Both the position numbers and the translations under genes were made by a program. DNA of 64,000 bases from an uncultured Bacilli bacterium. Lineage in GTDB: Bacteria; Bacillota_I; Bacilli_A; RF39; UBA660. Below the pieces are notes generated by a model. That model was given only the letters and a program-made list of their open reading frames with translations. It made no database searches and was not told the origin of the DNA. The stretch lies in the NCBI GenBank assembly GCA_910587535.1, contig CAJUKM010000001.1, forward strand, positions 17,496 to 81,495. Direction: 5' to 3'. Below, piece after piece: positions 1-9,285 of the stretch; positions within the stretch are counted from its first letter, which is position 1, and every line of letters begins with the position of its first letter.

Positions 1-139
1 CTGCACTAGGTGCTGCAACTGCAACTGCACTAGGATCAATTCCTAATTCTTCTTTCATTATATCGTTAATTTCTTTAAGTTCGAGAATAGTCATTTCTTT
101 AACTGCGTCAACTATATCTCTTGGTGTTATTTTTGCCAT
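1..139 (-). CDS. rplL: 50S ribosomal protein L7/L12, N-terminal part (gene continues beyond window start)
   Basis: Reverse translation from ATG at 137-139 gives MAKITPRDIVDAVKEMTILELKEINDIMKEELGIDPSAVAVAAPSA, a typical L7/L12 N-terminus. Position is downstream of rplJ. Confidence 0.85.
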   Translation of the reverse strand, partial: MAKITPRDIVDAVKEMTILELKEINDIMKEELGIDPSAVAVAAPSA

Positions 140-160
140 TATTAATCAATTCCTTTCCTT

Positions 161-658
161 TTATTTATTTTCTTCTATTTTTTTGGCGTATAGGTCTACT
201 CCTATTGCAAAGTATTTAGCATATTGCATCAAACCACCTGCAAACATAGTGAGTAATCCTTCTCTCGATGGAATAGATGCATAAGCTTTTATTTCATCGA
301 TAGTTAGTATTTTGCCATCAGCGTATCCAGTTCTAATCTGAACGTTTTCTCTATCCTTAGAGAACTTGCTAATAACTTTAATAGGTTCTAGTAAGTCTCC
401 GCCGAATAAGATGGCATTAGGTCCTTCCCAAAATTCTTCGTTTTCGATTTTTAAATCTTGGAAGGCTCTTTTTGCTAAAGTATTCTTATAGACTTTGATT
501 TCACTGTTAGATTTTTTGAGTTCTGTACGAAGCTCTCCGATCTCTGAAACGGTAAGTCCTTGGTATGTGAATACTATTACAGAAGCGCTATTTTTTATCT
601 TGTCAGTTATTTCACTGACGACTTCTTTTTTGAGATTTAAGCTTTTTTCACTTGCCAT
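161..658 (-). CDS. rplJ: 50S ribosomal protein L10
   Basis: ORF 161..697. The MASEKS start at 658 has RBS AAAGGAG 8 nt upstream. The protein has L10 family similarity and lies in the conserved rplKAJL order. Confidence 0.9.
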   Translation of the reverse strand: MASEKSLNLKKEVVSEITDKIKNSASVIVFTYQGLTVSEIGELRTELKKSNSEIKVYKNTLAKRAFQDLKIENEEFWEGPNAILFGGDLLEPIKVISKFSKDRENVQIRTGYADGKILTIDEIKAYASIPSREGLLTMFAGGLMQYAKYFAIGVDLYAKKIEENK

Positions 659-817
659 ATAAAAACTCCTTTCATAAATTCTAAAAAAACTTTCCATAGG
701 GAAAGCTTAAGTTTTTAAGTTTTAAGTTCCCCTCGGCGGGATGATTAAGACATTAAGTCCCCCGCTGTCTATGGATAAACGTTTTTTCATTTCTTCGTTA
801 TTATATAATAAGTATTA
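659..817 (-). promoter_or_regulatory. probable L10 (rplJ) leader / autoregulatory region
   Basis: A 159-nt untranslated gap lies between rplA stop and rplJ start. This is the position of the L10-leader ribosomal-protein autoregulatory RNA in Firmicutes. The structure was not verified. Confidence 0.4.
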
Positions 818-1516
818 TTATTTGTCAAAAGAATTCTTATCTATTTTTATTCCAGGACCCATCGTACTTGATAGAGCGATAGAATTGATGTAGTTACCTT
901 TGACTGTTAAAGGTTTAGCTTTGATAATAGTATCAACTAGGAAGTTGATGTTCTCTTCAAGTTTTTTAGCATCAAAAGACACTTTACCAACTGAAGAATG
1001 AACGATTCCATAACTGTCTGCACGATACTCGATCATACCTTTTTTTATATCTTCTACAGCTTTAGCAGTATTCGTAGTAACTGTCCCTGTTTTAGGATTT
1101 GGCATTAAGCCTTTAGGTCCTAAAATCTTACCTATTTTACCTAAAGCTGGCATCATCTCTGGTGTTGCAACGATAACGTCGAATTCGAACCAGTTTTCTT
1201 TGGCCATCTTATCGATTAGATCATTTTCTCCTACGAACTCAGCTCCAGCCTTCTTAGCTTCTTCAGCTTGAGCACCCTTAGCGAGTACACATACGGTTTT
1301 ACTTTTACCAGTACCGTTAGGTAGAACTATAGATCCTCTCATCTGTTGATCTGCTTTTTTAGTATCGATATTTAAATTGATCGCGATTTCTACTGTGCTA
1401 TCGAATTTAGTAGTCGAAGTTTTTTTTACAAGTTCAACTGCTTCAGCGACAGTGTAGTTTTTATCTTTATCGATCAATTTAGAAGCTTCCACATATTTTT
1501 TTCCAAATTTTTTCAC
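818..1516 (-). CDS. rplA: 50S ribosomal protein L1
   Basis: 232 aa with strong L1 family similarity ([19 protein letters not shown]). Confidence 0.95.
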   Translation of the reverse strand: MKKFGKKYVEASKLIDKDKNYTVAEAVELVKKTSTTKFDSTVEIAINLNIDTKKADQQMRGSIVLPNGTGKSKTVCVLAKGAQAEEAKKAGAEFVGENDLIDKMAKENWFEFDVIVATPEMMPALGKIGKILGPKGLMPNPKTGTVTTNTAKAVEDIKKGMIEYRADSYGIVHSSVGKVSFDAKKLEENINFLVDTIIKAKPLTVKGNYINSIALSSTMGPGIKIDKNSFDK

Positions 1517-1571
1517 AAGTTTTCCCTCCTATCGTGGTTTATTTTATAGAGCGGATTAATATTTTTATTTA

Positions 1572-2162
1572 TTAGTTTTCTTCTGTTGATTCGTCTGATT
1601 TCTCAGTTATAACTTCGACGTCGACAGAAGTATCTTGAGCACTAGCTTCCATTGCCTCAAGTTCAGCATCACGTTTTGCTTGTTCTGCTTCTTCTTTTGC
1701 TGCTTCTTTTGCTTGTTCCATAAGTTCTGCATCGTTTAATCCTTTAACGGCAATCCCCATGTTACGTGCAGTTCCTTCGATGATCTTCATCGCATCTTCA
1801 ACTGTATATGCATTTAAGTCTGGTAACTTAGTTTCAGCAATAGCACGCAAATCGTCTTTTGTAATAGTTGCGACAACTTCGTTTGCTCCCTTTGCACTTC
1901 CTTTTTGAACTTTTGCATATTTCTTTATTAGGAAAGCAGCTGGTGCAGTTTTTAATATGAAATCATACGATTTGTCAGCATATAGAGTTATCTCTACTGG
2001 AACGATGTCGCCCATCTTATCTTTAGATGCATCGTTAAATTTAGTACAGAACTCTTGTAAATTTATTCCTGCAGGTCCAAGAACAGTTCCAACTGGTGGA
2101 GCTGGTGTAGCCTTTCCAGCAGGTATTTGCAATTTAATTTTCTTTACGATTTCTTTTGCCAC
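1572..2162 (-). CDS. rplK: 50S ribosomal protein L11 with ~55-aa acidic Glu/Ala-rich C-terminal extension
   Basis: KLQIPAGKATPAPPVGTVLGPAGIN is the L11 signature. The likely start is the GTG at 2162 (VAKEIVKK), which has AAAGGA about 10 nt upstream. The ORF call extends to 2171. Confidence 0.9.
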   Translation of the reverse strand: MAKEIVKKIKLQIPAGKATPAPPVGTVLGPAGINLQEFCTKFNDASKDKMGDIVPVEITLYADKSYDFILKTAPAAFLIKKYAKVQKGSAKGANEVVATITKDDLRAIAETKLPDLNAYTVEDAMKIIEGTARNMGIAVKGLNDAELMEQAKEAAKEEAEQAKRDAELEAMEASAQDTSVDVEVITEKSDESTEEN

Positions 2163-2255
2163 GAAAAACACATCCTTTCAAAGTTTTTACGTAGAAGTGG
2201 TATGGGCTAATCCGCTTTCCCTCCCACTACTAGTAGATAAAATCTACCGATTAAG

Positions 2256-2284
2256 ACTATAACATAAGATTGCCTTTTATTCAA
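2256..2284 (-). promoter_or_regulatory. sigma-A type promoter for rplK-rplA (TTGAAT-17-TATAGT) followed by ~80-nt leader (possible L1-binding leader)
   Basis: Minus-strand -35 revcomp lies at 2279-2284 and -10 revcomp at 2256-2261, with a 17-nt spacer. Confidence 0.5.
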
Positions 2285-2312
2285 GTAGATTCTAGATTTT
2301 ATTTTAATCTAT

Positions 2313-2340
2313 TGACAAAATATTTTTTTTATTATAGGAT
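2313..2340 (+). promoter_or_regulatory. candidate promoter for orphan plus-strand gene (TTGACA-16-TAGGAT)
   Basis: TTGACA at 2313-2318 and a weak -10 TAGGAT at 2335-2340. Confidence 0.35.
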
Positions 2341-2364
2341 ATGGCCCAAAAAGGGGGATTTTTA

Positions 2365-2808
2365 ATGGAAAATGAAGAAAAATTAATGCTCAGAGGAGTT
2401 TTAATCGCAAAAGAGATCGAAGTACTCAAAGTAAAAAAGTTAGAACCATATGAAATAGTTCCTTATTTAAAAAGAAAAGGTTTTAATGTTTACGATATGG
2501 AAAGTATCGCTGATGGTTTAAGAATCGATGGATACTTTGATCGATATGACATCGTGATGGAGGCTATAACTAGTTTTAAATGTAATACTATAGTAGCATT
2601 TAAGAGAATCGTTGCCGAAGGGAAAGAACATGAGTTTTTGCAAAATCTATTAGATGAAGATTTAACCGATTTATTGTTGATATTTAGCACTTATAGAAAA
2701 TCTTTAAAGTCTGTAGATATGGAAGTTTATAAAGAATTGATATTTGGAGAAGCTAATAGAAGAGCGATAGAGAGAAGAAATCAAATAATAAAAGATAATA
2801 CATTATAG
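2365..2808 (+). CDS. hypothetical protein (147 aa), orphan opposite-strand gene inserted between nusG and rplK
   Basis: ORF 2341..2808. The ATG at 2365 (MENEEKLML) has RBS GGGGGA 6 nt upstream. There is no recognisable domain. A hairpin terminator lies downstream. Confidence 0.6.
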   Translation: MENEEKLMLRGVLIAKEIEVLKVKKLEPYEIVPYLKRKGFNVYDMESIADGLRIDGYFDRYDIVMEAITSFKCNTIVAFKRIVAEGKEHEFLQNLLDEDLTDLLLIFSTYRKSLKSVDMEVYKELIFGEANRRAIERRNQIIKDNTL

Positions 2809-2810
2809 AA

Positions 2811-2840
2811 AAAAACTGTTCGTTTTGAGCAGTTTTTAAT
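2811..2840. terminator. bidirectional intrinsic terminator shared by orphan gene (+) and nusG (-)
   Basis: AAAACTGTTC-gtttt-GAGCAGTTTTT hairpin flanked by A and T tracts. It overlaps the nusG stop codon. Confidence 0.6.
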
Positions 2841-3375
2841 TTTCGATAGAAACTTGAAACATCTCTACTTCGACAGGTGTTTCTTGACCGAATAGGTCTA
2901 TCAATACGTTTAATCTCGCATTGTCTTTGTCAATTGAATCTACTACACCGATCATTCCATTGAAAGGTCCTTCAATTACTTTTACTTTTGTTCCAACTTC
3001 TAGTTCTTTTTCCGTATCTAATCTAGTCATTCCCATATTGGCAAGAACTTTGTCTATTTCTTGTGGAAGCAATGGAGTCGGTTTAGCACCTTTACCAGAA
3101 GAACCGATAAATCCTGTAACTCCCGGTGTATTTCTTACTATATACCACGCTTCGTCAGTCATTACCATCTCTACTAAAATGTATCCAGGAAACATCTTTT
3201 TCTTTTTTTCTTTTTTTGAACCGTCTTTTAGTGTCTCTACTTCAGTAGTCTCGGGAACGATAACTCTAAAAATATAATCTTGGAATCCCATCGATTCCGC
3301 CCTAGCTTCAAGTTTTTCTTTTACTTTCGATTCATGTCCACTGTAAGTGTTGACTACATACCAAAGTTTTTCCAT
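2836..3375 (-). CDS. nusG: transcription termination/antitermination factor NusG
   Basis: 179 aa with NGN and KOW regions (WYVVNTYSGHE...GTKVKVIEGPFNGMIGVV). Confidence 0.95.
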   Translation of the reverse strand: MEKLWYVVNTYSGHESKVKEKLEARAESMGFQDYIFRVIVPETTEVETLKDGSKKEKKKKMFPGYILVEMVMTDEAWYIVRNTPGVTGFIGSSGKGAKPTPLLPQEIDKVLANMGMTRLDTEKELEVGTKVKVIEGPFNGMIGVVDSIDKDNARLNVLIDLFGQETPVEVEMFQVSIEN

Positions 3376-3376
3376 A

Positions 3377-3697
3377 TTAAGCGATCCATCCTTGTACTAA
3401 GTTGTATAGTAAATCGAATAGTGCGGTTAATCCTATGAAAAATAGAGCCATTAAAACGATCATAGCTATAGTAGCAAACGAATATTTTACGACTGTCTTT
3501 TTAGATGCCCAGGTGACTAATTTCATTTCGCTTCTAACACTTTTTAAGAATCCCTGTTTTTTAGCTGTGTTCTTTTCAGCATTTTTTTCTTTAGCTTTTT
3601 TGTTCTTTTTATCTTTTTTTACATTTTTGATATCATCGTTTTTAACGAGTTTTATTTCTTCTAAACCGTTATCGACTTTTACAGTTTCTTTTGCCAT
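3377..3697 (-). CDS. secE: preprotein translocase subunit SecE with Lys-rich N-terminal extension
   Basis: The C-terminal TM segment and SecE motif (KLVTWASKKTVVKYSFATIAMIVLMALFF) are present. The ATG at 3697 has GGAGGA upstream. The ORF call extends to 3766. Confidence 0.85.
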   Translation of the reverse strand: MAKETVKVDNGLEEIKLVKNDDIKNVKKDKKNKKAKEKNAEKNTAKKQGFLKSVRSEMKLVTWASKKTVVKYSFATIAMIVLMALFFIGLTALFDLLYNLVQGWIA

Positions 3698-3781
3698 GCA
3701 AATTCCTCCAAAATAAAAACACCTTTGTGTCAGGTATAATATAACATAAAGATGTATTATTTGCAATTATTTTTTAGTCTT

Positions 3782-4450
3782 TTATAGTTGCCAGTCAATA
3801 GGCTTAAGTCCATCGCTTTGTAAGAATTCATTAGTTTTAGAAAACGGTTTCGATCCGAAGAAGCCATTCCTTGCACTGAAAGGTGATGGATGAGTTGATT
3901 CTACTACGTGATGAATCGGATTTGTAATATAGAATTTTTTACTTCGAGCGAATGAGCCCCATAATATGAATACTATAGGTGTTTCTTTTTCGTTTAACTT
4001 TTTTATGATACTGTCAGTAAACATCTCCCAACCGAGAGCACTATGACTTCCAGCTTTGTCTTTTTCTACAGTCAAAATCGAGTTTAATAAGAGAACTCCT
4101 TCTTTTGCCCATTTAGTCAGATCTCCACAGTTAGCCGGTTCTTTAATGCCCAAATCACTTTCGATTTCTTTATAGATATTTTGTAGTGATGGAGGTACTC
4201 TAACACCTGGTCGAACTGAAAATGATAATCCATGTGCTTCCCCCGTTCCATGATAGGGATCTTGACCAACTATGACGACTTTTGTGTCTTCATAACTCGT
4301 GAGTTTTAGTGCTTCGAATATGAGTTCTTTTGGTGGAAAAACCGTCTTCGTCGCATATTCTTTTTTAGCTAAAACCATCGTGTTATAAAATTCTTTCGAA
4401 GAAGTGATGCTTTCTAATACTTCATCCCAATCATTATTAAACAATTTCAT
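3782..4450 (-). CDS. ung: uracil-DNA glycosylase (family 1)
   Basis: GQDPYHG and HPSPFS motifs are present, 222 aa. Confidence 0.95.
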   Translation of the reverse strand: MKLFNNDWDEVLESITSSKEFYNTMVLAKKEYATKTVFPPKELIFEALKLTSYEDTKVVIVGQDPYHGTGEAHGLSFSVRPGVRVPPSLQNIYKEIESDLGIKEPANCGDLTKWAKEGVLLLNSILTVEKDKAGSHSALGWEMFTDSIIKKLNEKETPIVFILWGSFARSKKFYITNPIHHVVESTHPSPFSARNGFFGSKPFSKTNEFLQSDGLKPIDWQL

Positions 4451-4459
4451 ACTACTCTC

Positions 4460-4897
4460 CTACTTATGATAACTTTCGTTATTGTTTATTTTAAATGTTC
4501 TATAGATCTGTTCTAAAAGAACTCCTCTAAATAGTCCGTGAGGCATCGTAAATTTAGAGAACGATAACAGTTTATTCGCTCTACTTTTTATGCTTTCATC
4601 GAGTCCTTCCGAACTTCCAATTATAAACACTATTGTTGAATAGGAAATAAAAGTTTTGTCTATTAGATTTGCTAGATCCTCACTTTTCATACTTTCACCT
4701 TTTATATCACAGGCGATTACATAATCTCTATCGTCTAGGTGTTTCAAAATGTCTATACTCTCTTTATTGAGATCGTTTTCATCTTTGAGTTCTATTAAGT
4801 CTATCTTATGATATTTAGATATTCTTTTTTTATAGTCTTCTATAAGCTCTTCTAAATATGTTTCTTTTATTTTTCCTAAGCATATTATTTTTATCAT
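4460..4897 (-). CDS. rlmH: 23S rRNA (pseudouridine1915-N3)-methyltransferase RlmH
   Basis: 145-aa SPOUT-fold protein with RlmH-like sequence (IICLGKIKE...HGLFRGVLLEQIYR). Confidence 0.85.
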   Translation of the reverse strand: MIKIICLGKIKETYLEELIEDYKKRISKYHKIDLIELKDENDLNKESIDILKHLDDRDYVIACDIKGESMKSEDLANLIDKTFISYSTIVFIIGSSEGLDESIKSRANKLLSFSKFTMPHGLFRGVLLEQIYRTFKINNNESYHK

Positions 4898-5658
4898 ACT
4901 ACTATAGTTTCGGTCCTCTCTTTTTGTCTTGCAATAGAAATGTTTTCGAATTCTATATCGTATTCTTTAAGAGTTTTCTTCACTGTTGCAAGTGCAATTT
5001 CTTCATCGTTGTTTTCTTTACTCAGGTGAGCTAACACGACTTTCTTTGTTTTTGGACCGATAAGCTTTGATAGATAGAATCCTGTTGCATTGTTAGATAG
5101 ATGTCCTTGATCGCTCAATATGCGCGATTTCAACCATTTCGGATATGATCCGTTTATCAATTTTTCGACGTCATGATTAGCTTCAATTATATATACATCT
5201 TTGTCATGAAGTTTAGCGAAGTATTTTTGATTTAAATATCCCGTATCGGTCATGTATACGAGCGAGGAATTTTCATCCTCGATCAAATAACCGTGGGCAT
5301 CTACCGCATCGTGGCTCACTTTAAATGGATCGACTGTCGTTTTCCCGACAGTCACTTTTTCGTCAATCTCTATTACATTTTCATAAGATTTTAGAGCTTC
5401 AATCTCTTTTCTAATCGCTTTAGTGACTATCACCGTGGGGCTATTTTTTTTAATAAATACATCTAATGCGCCAGTATGATCTTTATGAGCGTGAGTCATA
5501 AAGATGTAGTCTATTTCTTCTGTTGCAACTCCCAAATCGGCAAGTTTTTCTTTTATATATTTATTGTTCATTCCTATATCTATGAGAATCTTTGCATCAG
5601 ATGTTTCGACATAGGTACAATTTCCTTCGGATCCTGAGGCTAAAACGCTTACTAACAT
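4894..5658 (-). CDS. MBL-fold metallo-hydrolase, YycJ/WalJ-like
   Basis: HAHKDHTG metal motif and collinear similarity to B. subtilis YycJ. Confidence 0.85.
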   Translation of the reverse strand: MLVSVLASGSEGNCTYVETSDAKILIDIGMNNKYIKEKLADLGVATEEIDYIFMTHAHKDHTGALDVFIKKNSPTVIVTKAIRKEIEALKSYENVIEIDEKVTVGKTTVDPFKVSHDAVDAHGYLIEDENSSLVYMTDTGYLNQKYFAKLHDKDVYIIEANHDVEKLINGSYPKWLKSRILSDQGHLSNNATGFYLSKLIGPKTKKVVLAHLSKENNDEEIALATVKKTLKEYDIEFENISIARQKERTETIVV

Positions 5659-7151
5659 GAGAAGGCCACCTTACATGGATTCAACTTATTTCCAGCTGAG
5701 TCTCTAATTTCGAAGTGGAGATGTGTTCCAGTTGAGCTTCCGCTGCTTCCCATGTAACCTATGACTTGGCCTTTAGTTACGGTCTGTCCTACAGAAACCC
5801 TTAAGAGATTTCTCATATGGGCATAGAATACTACAAGTCCAGTATCGGTTTCTATCTCTACATAGTTTCCTAACTGTCCACCACACGGAGAACCATAGTA
5901 TCCTCTATCAGCACAACCTTTGAAGGCTTTAATGACTTTCCCGGATGTTGCCGAATATATAGGTGAACCAAATCCACTACCAGAGATGTCTATCGCGCCA
6001 TGGTGTTTACCCCAACGATAACCATATTTACTCGTTATAACATAAGGGCTTATAGTTGGCCAACTCCAATCTGTTCCGGTTTCAACTGGAGGATTATGAT
6101 TGATACCACTAGATACTTTTGTACCTCTTACCACTATTTTATTTATCGGTGGAGAAATTTCTTTTTTATCACTTACATAAAGGGTTTTAGTTTCTCCATT
6201 TTTTAATAGAACTTTTTCAGTAAGCCTGTTTACGCCGTTTACGCCTTTTTGTTTAGTATATGATTCATTAGAGAATAGTGATGAATCAGTTTGTGTAATC
6301 GTATCGTATGCAACACTAACATCTTCCACTATTTCGGCTTCTTCAACTATAGTGAATAGCGGATCGATCAATCCGATGTTTAAAATTTGCCCTGGGCTTA
6401 TTAATGAATTTATACTAGAGAATGTTGGATTTGCAATGAGTAATTCCCCATTACTAAGTTCGTTGCTTTCTGCAATTTTTTCTAGTGTATCTCCTTCTTT
6501 TACAACGTATTCTTTTTGTTTATCGAGCGTTCCAAAAAGTAGATACTTCGTCAAATCATTTTTGTTTGTAATAATTTTTTCATCGACTGGAATATAACTT
6601 TCTTTTATGGTAATCTTTTCTTCAAAATAGACATTTTCTATCTTTTTACCTGTATCGATTATTTCTACTTGCATATCATCGATATAAGCAGTTAAGTTGT
6701 CGATCGGTATAAAAGCGCTTACCGCCTCTAATAGAGCTGGTTCGAGATCTTCTTTATTCAATATGTTTATGTATATAGGATCTTTTTCTTCTCCTTTAAT
6801 AGTGATAGTATATCCCTTTATCGTAAAAGTACTTTTTTCTGCTACAAGTCTGTATATTTCGTCGGCTGTTTTTAACTTGTTCGTATACGTAGTATATTCG
6901 ACAGCCTCTAGTCCCTCTGGCGGATAAACTTTTTCGACTGTAAATTTATTTTTTATATTTTCCTGTTCATTATCGATGAGACTAAATAGGGTTTCTTTAT
7001 TTTCGATAAGACCTATTTTTTTTCCATCTAAGTATACCATGAAAGCCGTTTTGGCTTCCTGAAATTTAACTCGCGTAAATCCTATCATAAGCACTATAAG
7101 AGTTGTGGCTATGATAAGCAATCCCCCTCCTAAATTAATCTTTTTAGACAT
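5652..7151 (-). CDS. membrane-anchored LysM + M23 family peptidase
   Basis: N-terminal TM segment, a LysM-like segment (YVVKEGDTLEKIA) and a C-terminal M23 domain (HHGAIDI...THLHFEI). The MSKK start at 7151 has RBS GAGAGGAAG. The ORF call extends to 7187. Confidence 0.85.
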   Translation of the reverse strand: MSKKINLGGGLLIIATTLIVLMIGFTRVKFQEAKTAFMVYLDGKKIGLIENKETLFSLIDNEQENIKNKFTVEKVYPPEGLEAVEYTTYTNKLKTADEIYRLVAEKSTFTIKGYTITIKGEEKDPIYINILNKEDLEPALLEAVSAFIPIDNLTAYIDDMQVEIIDTGKKIENVYFEEKITIKESYIPVDEKIITNKNDLTKYLLFGTLDKQKEYVVKEGDTLEKIAESNELSNGELLIANPTFSSINSLISPGQILNIGLIDPLFTIVEEAEIVEDVSVAYDTITQTDSSLFSNESYTKQKGVNGVNRLTEKVLLKNGETKTLYVSDKKEISPPINKIVVRGTKVSSGINHNPPVETGTDWSWPTISPYVITSKYGYRWGKHHGAIDISGSGFGSPIYSATSGKVIKAFKGCADRGYYGSPCGGQLGNYVEIETDTGLVVFYAHMRNLLRVSVGQTVTKGQVIGYMGSSGSSTGTHLHFEIRDSAGNKLNPCKVAFSC

Positions 7152-8502
7152 TAGGTAATTCTTCCTCTCTTTTAACGTAGTCGGCAAAGTTACTCAAATT
7201 TTTTTCGAATAGCAACTCTACGGTTCCCGTATTACCACTACGATGTTTTCCTACGATAAATTCTGTTACCGAAGTATTTCCACTTAAATCGTGTTTGTCT
7301 GGATTGTAGTAGTCGTCTCGATATAAGAACGCTACTATGTCGGCATCTTGTTCGATAGATCCAGATTCACGAAGGTCACTCATTATAGGCCTTTTGTCCT
7401 CTCGAAGTTCTACTGCACGAGAGAGCTGTGCTAATGCTATTACTGGCACTTTTAATTCCAAAGCCATAGTTTTTAGTGAACGTGATATCTCTGACACTTC
7501 TTGTTGTCTGTTTCCAGCATACCTTGCTCCACCCTGTATCAACTGTAAGTAGTCGATGATTACCAAAGCAAGGCCTTTTTCTGAATTAGCAAGGCGTCGG
7601 CATTTTGCTCTGATATCGCCAACTGTAATTCCCGAAGTGTCTTCTATATAGATGTTGGTTTCTCCAAGTTCACTCATCGCTTCGTTTACTTTTTGCCAGT
7701 CTTTATCGGATAGATCTCCTGTTTTAAGCTTTTTTAAATCTATACCCCCGACAGATCCAATCATTCTCTCTGCTAATTGTTCTGCTCCCATTTCCAAGTT
7801 AAAAATCGCTACTGCTTTTGGTGTAGAGAGAGCTGCATTTACAGCTAGGTTTATTGCGAAAGCCGTTTTACCCATCGCGGGTCTCGCCGCAATGATGATG
7901 AGTTCGTTTTCATGAAGTCCACTAGTCATTATGTCTATGTCGGTAAAACCGGTCGGCAAACCGGTGATTGCTGATCCATTTTTGGCGAGAAATTCTATTC
8001 TCGCTTGGGTCGATCTCAAAACTTCGCTGATACTTTTAAACTCTCCGGCTTTTCTCTCTTTAGTGACAGTAAATATCTGCTTTTCAGCATTGTCTACGAC
8101 GTCGTTAGTGTCACTAGCTTCCTCATAAGCTGAAGTAGTAATGTTTGTGGATACTTCGATAAGTCTTCTTCTTAAGTATTTTTCTTGAACTATATTTATA
8201 TAAAAGTCTAAGTTTGCGGCACTTACTATAGCGTCTACTACGTCAGATAAGTATTCTATTCCGCCTATTAGAGCTAATGTGTTGTTCTTTTCTAGTTCGT
8301 TAGTCAAAGTCGTATAGTCTATCGGATGCTTACCTTCGTGTAAATCGAATATCGCCTCAAATATTTTTCTGTTAGCATCACTAAAGAACATATCGGGTAT
8401 TAGGTTTTCACATACTTTATCAGCAGCACTTGGCATCAATAGGCATGCACTTAGAACTGACATTTCAGCTTCTAGATTTTGTGGCATTTTTCTATTAGCC
8501 AT
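7144..8502 (-). CDS. dnaB: replicative DNA helicase (DnaB family; DnaC in B. subtilis nomenclature)
   Basis: 452 aa with a Walker A motif (ARPAMGKT) and DnaB helicase motifs. Confidence 0.95.
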   Translation of the reverse strand: MANRKMPQNLEAEMSVLSACLLMPSAADKVCENLIPDMFFSDANRKIFEAIFDLHEGKHPIDYTTLTNELEKNNTLALIGGIEYLSDVVDAIVSAANLDFYINIVQEKYLRRRLIEVSTNITTSAYEEASDTNDVVDNAEKQIFTVTKERKAGEFKSISEVLRSTQARIEFLAKNGSAITGLPTGFTDIDIMTSGLHENELIIIAARPAMGKTAFAINLAVNAALSTPKAVAIFNLEMGAEQLAERMIGSVGGIDLKKLKTGDLSDKDWQKVNEAMSELGETNIYIEDTSGITVGDIRAKCRRLANSEKGLALVIIDYLQLIQGGARYAGNRQQEVSEISRSLKTMALELKVPVIALAQLSRAVELREDKRPIMSDLRESGSIEQDADIVAFLYRDDYYNPDKHDLSGNTSVTEFIVGKHRSGNTGTVELLFEKNLSNFADYVKREEELPNV

Positions 8503-8513
8503 AAATTACCTCC

Positions 8514-8951
8514 TTAGCAAATATGAACTTTTATTTTTGCGACTACTGTTTTATGAAGATTTAGTTTTATTTCATAAACTCCTAAGCTATCTATTTTATT
8601 AGTTAAATCTATTTGCTTTTTATCTATATCAAATCCATTTTTTTTCAATTCTTCGCTAAGTTGTTTAGTAGAGACAGTTCCAAATAATCTACCATCTTTT
8701 CCAGATTTAAAGGTAAAACTGAAATGTGTTTTTTCGAGTTTATCTTTCATCTCTTTACAACGATTTATGAGTTCTTGTTCATCTTTTGCCTTTTTATCGA
8801 GTTCATTTTCTAGAATGTTTTTACTCGTTTTAGTGTATGGAACTGCCAATCCTGTCTTTATTAAAAAGTTCTGTGCATATCCATCGCTGACGTCTATGAT
8901 ATCATCTTTTTTTCCTTGTTTTTTAACATCTTGTAATAGTATGACCTTCAT
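8514..8951 (-). CDS. rplI: 50S ribosomal protein L9
   Basis: MKVILLQDVKKQGKKDDIIDVSDGYAQNFL. The ATG at 8951 has RBS AAGGAG. The ORF call extends to 9029. Confidence 0.9.
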   Translation of the reverse strand: MKVILLQDVKKQGKKDDIIDVSDGYAQNFLIKTGLAVPYTKTSKNILENELDKKAKDEQELINRCKEMKDKLEKTHFSFTFKSGKDGRLFGTVSTKQLSEELKKNGFDIDKKQIDLTNKIDSLGVYEIKLNLHKTVVAKIKVHIC

Positions 8952-9049
8952 AAAGTCATCTCCTTTTTTTACTAGAAGTATTATAACAGAATATGAAGAA
9001 AAAATAAACTTGTTTAGGTTTTTGCACAATAAAAAAAGACCTTCAAGTC

Positions 9050-9265
9050 TTATTTTACAAAAGATATTAAAGCCATGAAGCGTGCTCTTTTGATTTGTTC
9101 TGCAATGTGTCTTTGATGTCTAGCACATGCTCCGGTTTGTCTTCTAGGCATGATCTTTCCTTTTTCATTTATATATTTAGAAACGATCATCACGTCTTTA
9201 TAGTCTACGCTTTTTCCAGCGCACATTTGACAAATCTTTTTCTTTTTGCGATAAAATTCTGCCAT
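9050..9265 (-). CDS. rpsR: 30S ribosomal protein S18
   Basis: 71 aa with the S18 motif (YKDV...LISFVK). Confidence 0.95.
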   Translation of the reverse strand: MAEFYRKKKKICQMCAGKSVDYKDVMIVSKYINEKGKIMPRRQTGACARHQRHIAEQIKRARFMALISFVK

Positions 9266-9285
9266 AGTATATTTCTCCCTTCTTT

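Noticed and set aside
161-697. Long 5' extensions in the supplied ORF calls: rplJ to 697, secE to 3766, rplI to 9029, DUF951 to 14970, tadA to 50600, tatD to 38976, M23 peptidase to 7187, rplM to 26411, rplK to 2171, rsmA to 37511.
   Set aside because: Internal ATG or GTG codons preceded by good Shine-Dalgarno sequences give proteins matching family-typical N-termini. The extensions lack an RBS and overlap upstream genes or leaders.
1957-2262. Plus-strand 101-aa ORF antisense to rplK, and many similar 60-120 aa antisense ORFs inside housekeeping genes (e.g. 2921..3277, 3402..3716, 7337..7552, 18194..18415, 54329..54853).
   Set aside because: They lie entirely within well-supported genes on the opposite strand and have low-complexity, Ser/Phe/Leu-rich translations typical of shadow ORFs in AT-rich DNA. 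No RBS or promoter evidence.
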